DNA from: a virus
Reading direction: 5' to 3' (one strand)
Virus record (IMG/VR): IMGVR_UViG_3300048091_000425
Length of the DNA: 64,000 bases
In this document: in pieces, positions 63,918-64,000 of the stretch
How the letters are laid out: each line of letters starts with the position of its first letter
Numbering within the stretch: position 1 is the stretch's first letter
Notes under the pieces: generated by a model
Seen by the model: the letters and a program-made list of their open reading frames with translations, nothing else
The model's database searches: none
What the model was told of the DNA's origin: nothing
Made by a program: the position numbers and the translations under genes

Positions 63918-64000
63918 GACTCACCTTCATCGGTTTGAGGGGCAGCGCCGATAAGGCTGCCATCCGCACGACGGAGTACCGTTCGGTCATCAGAGCGCTC

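Noticed and set aside
1-64000. tRNA, rRNA, rep/iterons, oriT, phage structural genes, and recognisable Acr/Acb/Tad/Ard proteins
   Set aside because: None recognised by eye; divergent members cannot be excluded without HMM searches.

Overview
A 64-kb stretch of densely packed, mostly minus-strand, short phage-like and plasmid-like ORFs. It most likely comes from the accessory or 'establishment' region of a large Pseudomonas-type plasmid or ICE; this is inferred from gene style, a DsbC plus exported proteins, and the absence of rep, tra, capsid or tail genes. Recognisable genes: two topoisomerase-IA-derived Toprim paralogues that lack the catalytic-Tyr region, a solo DUF262 protein, three orphan type II antitoxins (Phd/PfiA-like, MqsA-like, HigA fusion), DsbC, an ADP-ribosyltransferase-like gene split by an IS605 (tnpA+tnpB), a tnpB-only IS1341-type element, a CREST ceramidase-like hydrolase, an RNase H1 hybrid-binding-domain fusion, two Lar-like proteins, papain-like and HExxH peptidase folds, a tandem Pth2, and an HTH/alpha-CTD-like protein. 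Both IS ends and their empty sites can be reconstructed to the nucleotide. The strongest unexplained signals are (i) ten co-oriented sigma70 promoters sharing a CTAG-centred quasi-palindrome at a fixed spacer position, a putative single-repressor regulon; (ii) a ~340-nt highly structured intergenic element closed by a 13-bp terminal stem; (iii) 'gateless' topoisomerase-IA proteins; and (iv) a family of proteins ending in acidic/Pro 'PSM/SPAP' tails. All family assignments come from motif recognition by eye, not from database searches. No CRISPR array, tRNA or rRNA was found.
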